From: Verrucomicrobiota bacterium
GTDB taxonomy: Bacteria; Verrucomicrobiota; Verrucomicrobiia; Limisphaerales; AAA164-E04
Reading direction: 5' to 3'
Length of the DNA stretch: 64,000 nt
Assembly (NCBI GenBank): GCA_047947115.1
Contig: CP170459.1
Coordinates: 3,808,001-3,872,000, forward strand
The translations under genes were made by a program, and so were the position numbers. The notes beneath the pieces are model-generated. The model ran no database searches and was not told where the DNA came from. It was given only the letters and a program-made list of their open reading frames with translations. Below, piece after piece: positions 48,811 to 58,470 of this stretch. The stretch's first letter is position 1. Every line of letters begins with the position of its first letter.

Positions 48811-48944
48811 CGCAGCAGCCGCTTCTTTATCCAATCAAAACCTTGGTGTGTCAGAAGGCAGATCATGCATGTTCCATCATTTCTTTTCTATTTTTTGAAG
48901 GGTTTTACCGATGGATTGCGCCATGATAGGTAGGCGAATATTGT

Positions 48945-49211
48945 ATGAGCGCATCAGAACCAACTGAATCACCTTCGGAACGCGAGTTATTCTTTGAAGC
49001 ATTGGGAAAAGCTTCGAGAAAAGAACGTGCCATTTTTCTGGACGGTGCCTGCTTCAATCGTCCGGATTTGCGGCGTCGGCTGGAGGAATTGTTGGATCTA
49101 ACGCCGAAAAGGTACCAAATGTTGCACAGGATCCCGAATGTTCTTATCAGGATTGTCATTAACCATGCATTCGACAAACTTGCGCATCCATCAGAACCCT
49201 ATGATGGATAG
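48945..49211 (+). pseudogene. N-terminal stub of a PVC-type Ser/Thr kinase
   Basis: ERELFFEAL...ERAIFLDGAC..RPDLRRRLEELL is the typical pre-kinase helical cap. Similarity stops near 49095 and no kinase domain follows. Confidence 0.6.
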
Positions 49212-49280
49212 GTAATAGCCAGTAAGTAGTATGCACTTTGACGCTTGAATCAATGCGAAATTTAGGTGTCCCCTATAGGG

Positions 49281-50136
49281 ATGCCCCGAATGAAAATATT
49301 ATCCAATCCGGAACGTGAAACGTATGATTCTCCACCACGTTTTAATTTACCAGAGCGAAAGGTGTTTTTCGATCTACCTCCGACGCTTATGCAAATTGCT
49401 GAAAATTTGCGTAATCCAGACAATCGTGCGTGTTTCATCGTTGCTTGTGGATATTTCAGAAGTACCAAGAGATTCTTTTCAGGAAAATGCCGACAGGAAG
49501 ATATTGATTATGTGGCCAAGAAGACAGGATTAACAATCGGTGATGAAACAAATCGCGGTCACGACCGATACAGAACTGTTCGACATCGGAAAGCGATAAT
49601 CGAGTTTTATGGATTCAAAGATTACGACACCGCTGCAAAAAGATTCTTGGAGAAGGAAATTGAAGCCATGGTGCAATCTCAGCTCAAGCCAAGACTCATT
49701 TTCTTTCGTTCAGTGGATATTTTGGTGGAACAAAAAGTTTCACCTCCTGGAAGCTCCTCATTGACCAAATTGATTCTGAACGTACTAAACCGCCACCGAC
49801 AATCCCTTATCGAAAGTGTGGATAGGATTCTTCCATTGGAAACACGCAAGGTATTGGATCATCTCACGGAAAAGGTAATCAACAAACATGACGAGCCGAT
49901 TAACCGCTACCGGCTGACACTTCTGAAAAAATGTTCCCAATCAACCAGGCCAACAAAGATCCGAGAAGGTGCCAGTGATCTTCAATTGCTCCGGAGTCTC
50001 CATGATTCCGTGTGCCCCATTGTCAAACAATTGGAGCTACCTCACGGTGCCATTCAATATTTCGCTAACAGCGTTATTCGATCGGACACATTCGACATAC
50101 TCCGAAGGACGGAGGAAGACCGGTATCTGCACCTAA
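49281..50136 (+). pseudogene. tnpA: Tn3-family transposase N-terminal fragment (DUF4158), truncated by IS1380
   Basis: MPRMKILS..E..YDSPPRFN..ERK.FF N-terminus. The frame runs into the IS inverted repeat after DRYLHL, about 285 aa of a normally ~1000-aa protein. Confidence 0.8.
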
Positions 50137-51722
50137 CCCGGATATTTCATCAAAACCAGAAATACCCACAAATTGGTTTTCATTGTAGCTCAAGGTTGAG
50201 TTTGGAGAGGTCAGACGCACCTTTTTAAGGTTCTTTTCGAATTGAGGATACACTCCCCCAATCCCCCATTGTTTTTCGACGTGCCGGGGCAGCACTCTGG
50301 GCATGTTATCCTGTGTTCAGTTTGGCGTGAATATGTGCAAAGAGTTTTTGATAGGGGTATGCCTGACTCATCAATAATCGAATGCGTCTTGTGTTTTTCA
50401 GGACGATGGTTCCAATTTTGAACAGTTTCAGTCGGATGGTGCTGACCTGGGCTCGAGCCATTTCACTTCCTTTCAATCCAACTCGGCGGATGGTTTCCAT
50501 CAGCACATAGGCAGCACTGCTGAGCAGGAGTCGAAACTGATTGCTCCACCATTTATGACAACTGGTTCGGTCGGCGAATAATCCAAGCTGTTGTTCCTTG
50601 ATGCGGTTTTCCATTTCTCCCCGAGCACAATAAATCTTCTCGTAGATATGCTGGGCATTGCCCGAAAGGTTACTCACCACAAATCTGGGATTGCTGCCCT
50701 GTCGATTATGTTCCGCTTTAATGATCACCATTCTTTCCTGATCCCAGGAATGTGCCTTGTATTGGAGACAGGCAAAGTGGCGTTGTTTTTCACCAGTCTT
50801 TTCAAAGAGAACAGCGGATTCTGAAATAAGGTTTTGTCCTTGTTCAAGCAATCGTGGGTTTTGGGCGATTCCAACAACATACTTCACTTCATGAGGTTCG
50901 CACCAACGCAACATTCTCCAACGACAAAACCCGGAGTCTCCCCGGAAGATGATGCGTACTTTGGTCCATTTTAGGCGCAGGCGTTGAACCAGCAATTTGA
51001 GAATAGCCCATGCATGACGTGCAGGATCAATATTGCTTGGGCGTAGATAACTGACCAAGAGTTGCTCGCCACAAAAGACATAAAGAGGAAGGAAACACCA
51101 GCAATCGTAATACCCGTGAAAACTGCGTCTCTCCTGGCCGCCATGAACTCGATCATCAGTTGCGTCAAAATCCAGAATCAGTTCTTCCGGAGCTTTTTTG
51201 AAAGAGTTGATAAAAGTTTCAATCAAGACTTTCGAAAAATCCATCGCTGTTTGGCGATCTGCCCGAGCTTCAAAGCGACACAAAGTAGGACTGCTGGCAA
51301 GCGAATCAGAACGTTCCACAGCACTTTGAATGAGTGGATCCTTTCGGAGGCAATCGTGATCGTTGAGATCTTCGTATCCCAAGGCCAGGCCGTAAATGCG
51401 TTGACGCAACAAATCGAGAGTGGAATGAGCCGTCCGGCCAGATTGACGAGGATCGGTCATCACCTTGGAAATCGATTTGGTAAGACCAAGTAACCGATCA
51501 GCCTGCCTTAAAAACAAAGCACCACCGTCCGAGGAAATGTGACCACCGCTGAAAGAAGCCTCAATTTTTCGTCGTTCAAGGCTTGGAAACTCAAAAGAAA
51601 TCTGGTTACACTTTGTCATTAGCGGAGTTTTTACTGGTTTTTGTTTCAACACCAACAACCATATGGGATTATCCCAAAAACTTCGCTAATTTTTTTTAAT
51701 TTAATGAAATATCCGGGTTAGG
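50132..51722 (-). mobile_element. IS1380-family insertion sequence
   Basis: Perfect 19-bp inverted repeats CCTAACCCGGATATTTCAT (50132-50150) and ATGAAATATCCGGGTTAGG (51704-51722) flank one transposase. The true ends may be 50137 and 51717. Confidence 0.93.
50306..51619 (-). CDS. IS1380-family DDE transposase
   Basis: SSDGG, GYEDLNDH, LDFDATDD, RGDSGF and YCARGEMENRIKEQ motifs. ORF is intact. Confidence 0.95.
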   Translation of the reverse strand: MTKCNQISFEFPSLERRKIEASFSGGHISSDGGALFLRQADRLLGLTKSISKVMTDPRQSGRTAHSTLDLLRQRIYGLALGYEDLNDHDCLRKDPLIQSAVERSDSLASSPTLCRFEARADRQTAMDFSKVLIETFINSFKKAPEELILDFDATDDRVHGGQERRSFHGYYDCWCFLPLYVFCGEQLLVSYLRPSNIDPARHAWAILKLLVQRLRLKWTKVRIIFRGDSGFCRWRMLRWCEPHEVKYVVGIAQNPRLLEQGQNLISESAVLFEKTGEKQRHFACLQYKAHSWDQERMVIIKAEHNRQGSNPRFVVSNLSGNAQHIYEKIYCARGEMENRIKEQQLGLFADRTSCHKWWSNQFRLLLSSAAYVLMETIRRVGLKGSEMARAQVSTIRLKLFKIGTIVLKNTRRIRLLMSQAYPYQKLFAHIHAKLNTG

Positions 51723-51738
51723 GAGATTGTTTTGTTTG

Positions 51739-51765
51739 GACAGGATGAACAGGATGGACTGGATG
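51739..51765. repeat. Three 9-bp tandem units (GACAGGATG/AACAGGATG/GACTGGATG)
   Basis: Read directly from the sequence. Lies just past the stop of the kinase gene. Confidence 0.6.
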
Positions 51766-51783
51766 ATGGATTGATTCTTGGGT

Positions 51784-54381
51784 TTATTTTGTTGCCTCCC
51801 GGTTGAGGATGGTCGTGTTCGGTTGGATGACGATTCGGAAGCCGATGGCTTCGGGGCGGGTGATGAAGACGGCGTTTTCGCGGGGGGGTTCGAATTCGTT
51901 GAATCGGTGTTGACCGAAATATCCACCGCCATGGAGTTTCCATTTCACGGGTTCAAAGTTGTTGGATTCGTCGCGATCCAGCAGTAGGTCGGAAGCGCTC
52001 CATTCCCAGGCATTGCCTTGCAGATCAAACAGTCCACTGGGGCTCGCTAAGCCCTGGCCGGTTGATTTCAGAAAGTTGATCGGGTCAATGGTTTGGTCGA
52101 GATAGTAATCCCGGTAAACCAATAGTCTCGCAGGATCTTCGACGGGGGTGATGCCAAATTGATAAGTGCCTTCCAAGTGTTCCGATTGCCAAAGTTCCAT
52201 CCAGTCTTTTTCTTGCGGCAGAGAGGTCAATGGACGTGCGAGTTCAAACATTTGGTAGCCGAACCAGTTTGCCATGCCGGATGCCGTGCGACGATCCAGG
52301 CCGGTGACCGGAAAGGTCGGTCCCATCCGGTCGGGTTGAAAGTTGAGTTGGCTTAGGATTAAGTTCGCGATTTCAGGGTTGTCGCTCAGCCAACGTGCGA
52401 AATCCATGATCCGGATTTCCCATATACTCCAATAAAGGTTATTCACTTTGATATACCGCATGTCCAATGCCTTCACCTTGTGTTGGGCCTTGTCCCATGC
52501 ATCATGCGCTTTCATACGCTGGGTTGAAACTTCGTTTGTCCAACGTTCATAGATGCGAGTGGCCTGTATCAGGTGATTCAAAGATTCCCGGTATTGTTCT
52601 GCCTGGAACAGTGCTTGTGCCTGATCCTTCATGCCTGGCACATCCGCAAGAAACTTTAATTCGGGAGGTCCGATCGATTCCGGGAAGAGGTTGATCCAAT
52701 GCTGTTCGGCTGCTTCAAAAAGGCTCCAATGTTCGCGAAAGATGGTTTCCTGATGAGTTCGGAGCTTCGACTCCTGTTCCCTGAGTGACTGAATGCCTTC
52801 TTGCCTGGAGCCGGAAGCAAGAAAATCCAGCGATGATTCATCGGTGGGGGCGGTATTTCCTGCTGATTTTGTGATCGTGGGAGAGGAGGTGTTGAGGCGC
52901 ACAATGGCGTCCCTGAGGCGGTGTGCTTCCCGGATGGTGGCCACCATATTTGTAGTTCTGTTGATTTCCTGATCCAGACGCTCAAATAAAGGTCCTGCCT
53001 CTTGAAATGATTCCGAGTCGAGTGCAGCACGTGCGGCTTGCAGGAGATCGCTGATGGCATCCCAATGTCCCTCGGCATTCAATCTTGGCTCCATCCACTG
53101 GCAGGCTGCATGGACGAAGTGCCATTGATTGGATGCCTGCATCCAGGTGGTGGAACCGGTGTTGTTGCCCGCCTGGACGGCTCCTTCCACTTCCATCTTG
53201 CGGTGCAGGATTTCCATTTCCATTTTGAGGGACCGGATTTGTTCCCGAACTTGGTTCATCGCTGATTTTGAACTCACGGCGCGTTCATTCCAGGTGCGGA
53301 TTTGTTCGGTTCGGTGCAGGAGATCCTGACGGGCAAAGGATGAAGACAGTATCGTTAATCCTCCGCATATCAAGGTCAGAATGCCTGCCTTGATTCCATT
53401 GGAAGCGGATCGCCAGCCGCGACGAATTTTCGAAAACCATCCTTCGGGTCGAATGCCCCGGTCAAGCGCGTTGGCAAACTCAACCAGGGAAGGAAATCTG
53501 TTTTCGGGCAGGTGATCCAATGCGCGATCGATGGCCTCGGTGAAGGGCATGGGTAAATCGGGGCGTTTGTCATACAGGCTTCCCGCCACGCCGAGTGGGA
53601 ATCTTCCGGTCAGCAATTCGTAGGCGATCACCGCCAGGGAATATTGATCGGCACGAGTGTCTGCCGAAGTGTTCTGTTCCAACACTTCAGGTGCCATATA
53701 GTAAGGGGTGCCTGCGGAAAGTTGGCTTACACTTTGGCGGAACAGGCTGCTATGCGGGGTGCGGATGACTTGGGCCAGACCGAAATCCATGACTTTGATC
53801 TCCCCGGATGGCAAAAGGGCGATGTTTTCCGGCTTGATATCGCGGTGGATGGTGGTGTTGTGTGCGTATATCAACGGGGCACAAATCGATTGGATCAACG
53901 AATGGACGTTGTCAATGGAAAGGGGCTTGTCCTCATCCTTCAGCTGCTTCATCCATTCCCGTAGGTTGCTTCCTTCCAATAGTTCCATCTCCAGAAAATA
54001 AATCCCTTGGAACTGATGGACGTCGAACACCTTGACAATGCCGGGGTGTGTCAGGCGTGAAGCGATCCTGACTTCATGGATGAAGTTATTGACGGCTTGT
54101 GGATCTTGCAACAGGGATGGGGAAATGCATTTCAAAGCGACCTCATGTCCGCGGTTCCGATCCATGGCCCGGTAAACGATGCTCATGCCCCCGCTTCCAA
54201 TGCGTTCAAGGATTTCGAAGCGGTCTTGGATGTGGTTGCCCACTTTTAATTCGCCTGCCGCCAGATCGATCCGGGATGCATGACCGGAAAGAGCCTCTTC
54301 CTTCGATCGCAGCTTCCGCTCACGACGATCCGGAATGGACCAAACCTGAGAACTTTTTCTTTCGGGCGGAGGAGTTTTCAT
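51784..54381 (-). CDS. Membrane Ser/Thr protein kinase with C-terminal FGE-sulfatase-like domain
   Basis: GSGGMSIVY, VALK, HRDIKPEN, DFG and GTPYYMAPE. TM helix. GLFDLQGNAWEW...IGFR. Start 54381 overlaps the upstream stop (ATGA). Confidence 0.9.
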   Translation of the reverse strand: MKTPPPERKSSQVWSIPDRRERKLRSKEEALSGHASRIDLAAGELKVGNHIQDRFEILERIGSGGMSIVYRAMDRNRGHEVALKCISPSLLQDPQAVNNFIHEVRIASRLTHPGIVKVFDVHQFQGIYFLEMELLEGSNLREWMKQLKDEDKPLSIDNVHSLIQSICAPLIYAHNTTIHRDIKPENIALLPSGEIKVMDFGLAQVIRTPHSSLFRQSVSQLSAGTPYYMAPEVLEQNTSADTRADQYSLAVIAYELLTGRFPLGVAGSLYDKRPDLPMPFTEAIDRALDHLPENRFPSLVEFANALDRGIRPEGWFSKIRRGWRSASNGIKAGILTLICGGLTILSSSFARQDLLHRTEQIRTWNERAVSSKSAMNQVREQIRSLKMEMEILHRKMEVEGAVQAGNNTGSTTWMQASNQWHFVHAACQWMEPRLNAEGHWDAISDLLQAARAALDSESFQEAGPLFERLDQEINRTTNMVATIREAHRLRDAIVRLNTSSPTITKSAGNTAPTDESSLDFLASGSRQEGIQSLREQESKLRTHQETIFREHWSLFEAAEQHWINLFPESIGPPELKFLADVPGMKDQAQALFQAEQYRESLNHLIQATRIYERWTNEVSTQRMKAHDAWDKAQHKVKALDMRYIKVNNLYWSIWEIRIMDFARWLSDNPEIANLILSQLNFQPDRMGPTFPVTGLDRRTASGMANWFGYQMFELARPLTSLPQEKDWMELWQSEHLEGTYQFGITPVEDPARLLVYRDYYLDQTIDPINFLKSTGQGLASPSGLFDLQGNAWEWSASDLLLDRDESNNFEPVKWKLHGGGYFGQHRFNEFEPPRENAVFITRPEAIGFRIVIQPNTTILNREATK

Positions 54382-56735
54382 TTCAGGTCTTTGGGCCAGT
54401 TTTTGATCACACATCGGAATCCGCTTTCCACCAGGCCGGCCGGTGGGTTCACCCGATATCCGACGCGCATCTGTTCCGGATGCAAGGTGCGCCATCCCCC
54501 GCCGCGCAGCGTGTAATGTTGTGTGCGATTGGGTGGGGGTTGAAACCTGTATTCGGAAGAAACCCATTCCATCACGTTGCCGCCAACGTCATATAATCCA
54601 TGCCCGTTGGCTTTGAATTGCCCCACGGGGGCCGTGCGGTCAAAACGATCGATCTTGCCGAAGTATTGATTCGATGCGTCAGCGCTGCTGAGGGTGTAGT
54701 AGTTGCCGTAGTTGGAAAAATCGTTTGAATTCCCATCCCATGGCAGTAAATCCGGGGCGTTGAAATGCCGCTCCTCCGGCCATTCGCCTGTTTCATGGGG
54801 AAGCCCGGCCAGTTGACTCCACTCTTCGTCTGTAGGAAGGGAATAGTAGGCATCCTCAGGCAATAAACCCATAGAGCGTTCTTTTTCGGTCAACCATTCA
54901 CAGAATTTGACCGCACCGTAACGAGTGATGGTGGATACGGGGTGTGCAGGAGTATTCAAAGCTGCTTCCTCCCGCCAGGAACGGTTTTCATCAAAGCCGC
55001 TTGAGGTAATGAAATGATAAAAATCAATGACACGTGTTTCCCAGATCGATACGCGCATGTTACCCACTTGAACGAAGAACATACCAAGACTGTTTTGAAA
55101 GCCTTGGGGTGGCTCTTTGGGCAGTGCTTCCCAATCGTTGGTCCAGAATGTGAATTGTTCCTGAATGCGGCGTGCTTCCACAATCTTATCGACCACCTCA
55201 GGGCCAGTTCCGGGGTTCTCCAACTGTTCGAGTGCGGCCGTAAGATTCTCTTGAGGCTCGGCATAAGGGGTGCCCCGCACCTTCAATGCATGCGCCCAGT
55301 CATCCCGTTTTTCCGCGGCAACTTTCTTTTCGGCGGCGAGCAGGGATATGAGCTCTGACTGAAGTGTGGAAAGGGATTCGTCGAGCTGTTGGATGGCGGT
55401 GTCCAATTGTCCCGTTTTTGCAGAGGCCAAGGTTGCAGTCTGTGACTTGGCAAGGTGCGCTATCCATGCGTCCCGTTCTTCTTTGCGGGTGGTAGTGGAT
55501 TGGTCGATGTGGTGTATCCACGTTCCAGTTTGCGAAAACAATCGAACCCATCTCTGACCTTTGGTGATTCGGATTCGCTCGGATTCGAGTTCGGTTTGAA
55601 GTTGGTTCATTTGAACCTGCAGCTTATTTCCGCTCAGTGCTCCCAATTCCAACATGGTGTCGATGGGGTATATGTGACCAAAGAGATTCTGTAAATGAGG
55701 GTGCAAAGCCGCATGTTGAAATCCATCTTTGAAAAGTTGAACGCGTTCCGCTTCCAGCTCGCGGGTCATTCGTTGCAGATCCGTGCGTGTCGTGGTCTCA
55801 GGGATGACTACTGATGTTTCATAAGATAATTCCTGCCAAAGCGGGATTAATAACAAGAGCAATGGCGCCCACACCAAACCCCGGGTCCATGCTTTCTTGT
55901 GGAACAATTGTTTGATGGATTTCGAGGAGGTGATTGTTCTTTTTGAAGTTAACTTTTCCCGAACCCCTTTCAATGCATGCATCAACGCTGGGAGATCTTC
56001 AAAGCGGTCCGCGGACGATGTTTCGGTGAGTCGTTGAATGATGGATCTGTGGGTTTGGAATGAGTCCGAATGATCTTTCAGTTGACTGCACTGGATGAGT
56101 TCGGTCCACAAAGTTCCCAGTGCGAATTGATCCGTTTTGAAATCGGGTTTGGCGTCGAGTTCATACATTTCGGGGGGCAGGTATTGCCCGGTGCGCAACA
56201 AAGCGGCGCTCGATTTCAAGCTGTCCGGTGATAGAAGGTGATGGAGTCCATATTCACTCAGGGATACCGTTCCGTCTTTGGACAGCCAAATGTTTTCGGG
56301 TTTGATGCCCGCATGAGCCCAGCCTGTTTGAACGCCCGCTTGCAGGACTTGGGAAATGGTTTCGACGATTTCGAGAATGGTTTCTTCTGTGAATTGTTTG
56401 GAGGGATCTGCTTTTGCCTGCTTGATGCGTTCTCGCAGGACCTGTCCCTTCTGGCGTTGCATGCTGATGTATGCGCCTCCTGCGTGGGGCGCAAAATCAA
56501 ACACGGTGACGACGGATGGGTGACGGAAATTCGTGGTGGTGGTGAGCCATTTTGCGGCCACATCAAACCCGCCGACTTCATCGATGATTTCTTCATCAAT
56601 CCATCGAAGTGCGACGGTTTCGTTTCGGACATGATCCTGAGTCAGCCAGACCTTGCCCGTTGATCCTTCACCCAGTTCTTCAAGGCATTCGTAACGGTTG
56701 GCGATCCAGGTTGAGTCGTTCCCTAGTTCTTCCAT
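54378..56735 (-). CDS. Membrane pseudokinase with C-terminal FGE-sulfatase-like domain
   Basis: Kinase fold with VALR, HAGIKPEN and EYG. TM helix. NSLGMFFV, LPTDEEW, GLYDVGGNVMEW, LRGGGW and GFRC motifs. Confidence 0.85.
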   Translation of the reverse strand: MEELGNDSTWIANRYECLEELGEGSTGKVWLTQDHVRNETVALRWIDEEIIDEVGGFDVAAKWLTTTTNFRHPSVVTVFDFAPHAGGAYISMQRQKGQVLRERIKQAKADPSKQFTEETILEIVETISQVLQAGVQTGWAHAGIKPENIWLSKDGTVSLSEYGLHHLLSPDSLKSSAALLRTGQYLPPEMYELDAKPDFKTDQFALGTLWTELIQCSQLKDHSDSFQTHRSIIQRLTETSSADRFEDLPALMHALKGVREKLTSKRTITSSKSIKQLFHKKAWTRGLVWAPLLLLLIPLWQELSYETSVVIPETTTRTDLQRMTRELEAERVQLFKDGFQHAALHPHLQNLFGHIYPIDTMLELGALSGNKLQVQMNQLQTELESERIRITKGQRWVRLFSQTGTWIHHIDQSTTTRKEERDAWIAHLAKSQTATLASAKTGQLDTAIQQLDESLSTLQSELISLLAAEKKVAAEKRDDWAHALKVRGTPYAEPQENLTAALEQLENPGTGPEVVDKIVEARRIQEQFTFWTNDWEALPKEPPQGFQNSLGMFFVQVGNMRVSIWETRVIDFYHFITSSGFDENRSWREEAALNTPAHPVSTITRYGAVKFCEWLTEKERSMGLLPEDAYYSLPTDEEWSQLAGLPHETGEWPEERHFNAPDLLPWDGNSNDFSNYGNYYTLSSADASNQYFGKIDRFDRTAPVGQFKANGHGLYDVGGNVMEWVSSEYRFQPPPNRTQHYTLRGGGWRTLHPEQMRVGYRVNPPAGLVESGFRCVIKNWPKDLK

Positions 56736-58012
56736 GTCACCTCCTCCAGAAGTGCCAGGTAGTTTTTGAAGATCTCTTCTTTGGTTGAGGAGGGCACACG
56801 ATGCGCGAGACCGTGTGCCAAGGACGCGTTCAAAGTATGCTCCATGTGCGTGATGGTCGCTCGACCCAACACCCAGGCTTCATCGGAGTCGATTTGGGAC
56901 TCGATCCGGGTTTTCAAATTTGAGGAAGTGATCAGGTCGTTTGCCTTCAACTTCATTGGACAGTTAGCCTCCTTATGATGTGGAGATTCCCACTCAGTGA
57001 ATAAGTGATGAAGCTGATCCAAGTTATCCAGGTAGCCTTGCATTTCCAACATCGTCCATTGAGCATCGATAACAGCTTTTCTTAGCATTCGGAAATTGTC
57101 CCGAATGATTTGCTCCAGTTTTTCCTCCAAAGGTAGTTGTTCTTGTCTGTCCTTAGGTGACAGTGTCGTTGTGCTAAAGTCGGATGGATACTTTAAATAA
57201 AGGTTTTCCTGTGCCCAGAGTGTGGTCCCATTCCGCTTTGGCAAATCTTCGATGGAATAACGATTCAATTGTACTTGATGCGGTTTGACATCCGGTCCGA
57301 GTTGAATGTCCTGTGTGCTTTCTCTGCCCCGGCTGAGAATGGATTGTTGGAAGGTATGAATTGGTGTTTCGATGTTGTTTATCCGGAACAGACCTGCGAG
57401 AGAGAAACGCTCACGGGCGGCGATGTGGAAACCATAAGGAACGGAGGAAAATAACTGCCCATCTTCAACGGACATGCCGAGGTATACTGTGTTGATGCCG
57501 ATTCCCATTGCCTCGGCCAGGCGGTATCGACTTGGAATGGCCCGTGCCACCCCCTCTGGCATTGGCGTTTCCGCTCTCCTGCCTGTCCAAAAACGTAGTG
57601 GCCCCAGAGGCGGAGTATAGTTGACCGGTTGGTCCAGGTCACCCCACGGATCGATCTGTTGAGAAGGGGCTTCGCTGAAGCGTTGAGCTAAAGCAGCCTT
57701 TCTGCCTGTTTCCAACGCTTTACGAATGTTCTGAAGATGGGAAAGATATGAGTTGCGTTGGCTCCATATGGACTGCCATGCGTTGCCCTGAACATATTGG
57801 TCCCCCAGTCGTTTGAGTGCTTCAAGGGCGGGGGAGATCATCGGTTCCTGCTGAGGCGGGTTGCTTGACGTTGTTCCATCCTGGGCATATCCAGTAAGCT
57901 GACCCGACATGCTGATCCCTGCGATAGTGAGTGATCGTATCAGGGCTTTCTTCAGCCAATGAATTCCTTCTGGCAGGAAATCGTGATCATCGGTTGAAAA
58001 CATTTGTTTCAT
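56723..58012 (-). CDS. Hypothetical protein, possibly exported
   Basis: 429-aa ORF overlapping the pseudokinase start, with a signal-like segment ending GYAQD. Confidence 0.7.
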   Translation of the reverse strand: MKQMFSTDDHDFLPEGIHWLKKALIRSLTIAGISMSGQLTGYAQDGTTSSNPPQQEPMISPALEALKRLGDQYVQGNAWQSIWSQRNSYLSHLQNIRKALETGRKAALAQRFSEAPSQQIDPWGDLDQPVNYTPPLGPLRFWTGRRAETPMPEGVARAIPSRYRLAEAMGIGINTVYLGMSVEDGQLFSSVPYGFHIAARERFSLAGLFRINNIETPIHTFQQSILSRGRESTQDIQLGPDVKPHQVQLNRYSIEDLPKRNGTTLWAQENLYLKYPSDFSTTTLSPKDRQEQLPLEEKLEQIIRDNFRMLRKAVIDAQWTMLEMQGYLDNLDQLHHLFTEWESPHHKEANCPMKLKANDLITSSNLKTRIESQIDSDEAWVLGRATITHMEHTLNASLAHGLAHRVPSSTKEEIFKNYLALLEEVTWKN

Positions 58013-58068
58013 GGATTGTGCCAGATGCTTTGCTCGAGCCGTTGACCATTATTGAACTCCATCCATGG

Positions 58069-58242
58069 TCATTCCCCATCTGGCTTGAGAACGTCGGAAG
58101 GGTTGGTGTAATCTTGTGAAGTTCGATTCTGGTTGGAGGGGCTTGCGGGGGCGGGATCGTCCAGATCCAGTAAATCCTTCAGTAACCCGGCCAATTGTTC
58201 CGGACCGGCAGTACGGAGATCTTTTTTTTCGTTTTTGTTCAT
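58069..58242 (-). CDS. Possible 57-aa small protein
   Basis: ATG 58242 to TGA 58069 (MNKNEKKDLRTAGPEQLAGLLKDLLDLDD...). Co-oriented between the sigma gene and the kinase operon. Below the track cutoff. Confidence 0.35.
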   Translation of the reverse strand: MNKNEKKDLRTAGPEQLAGLLKDLLDLDDPAPASPSNQNRTSQDYTNPSDVLKPDGE

Positions 58243-58470
58243 TGATGAGTGTTTGTTGCCTGGAGGTGCATGAGTGTTTTATCCGCAGATGTCATAGATG
58301 AACACCGATATTAAAAGGAACACAAATTGTTTGGATACCTGTGTAATGACTCGTCCCTGACAAGTCCATTCGTTGCGGTATGAACCAACTCTCTGTCCAA
58401 AATCCAAATCATCTGCAGGTTTCAAACTGCATAACTTTATTTTGATGTCCAAGATCGAGTCCCACATATG

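Noticed and set aside
51784..56735. Diversity-generating retroelement targeting the FGE-sulfatase (CLec-fold) C-termini
   Set aside because: No reverse transcriptase, and no template/variable repeat pair with adenine-specific mismatches was seen.
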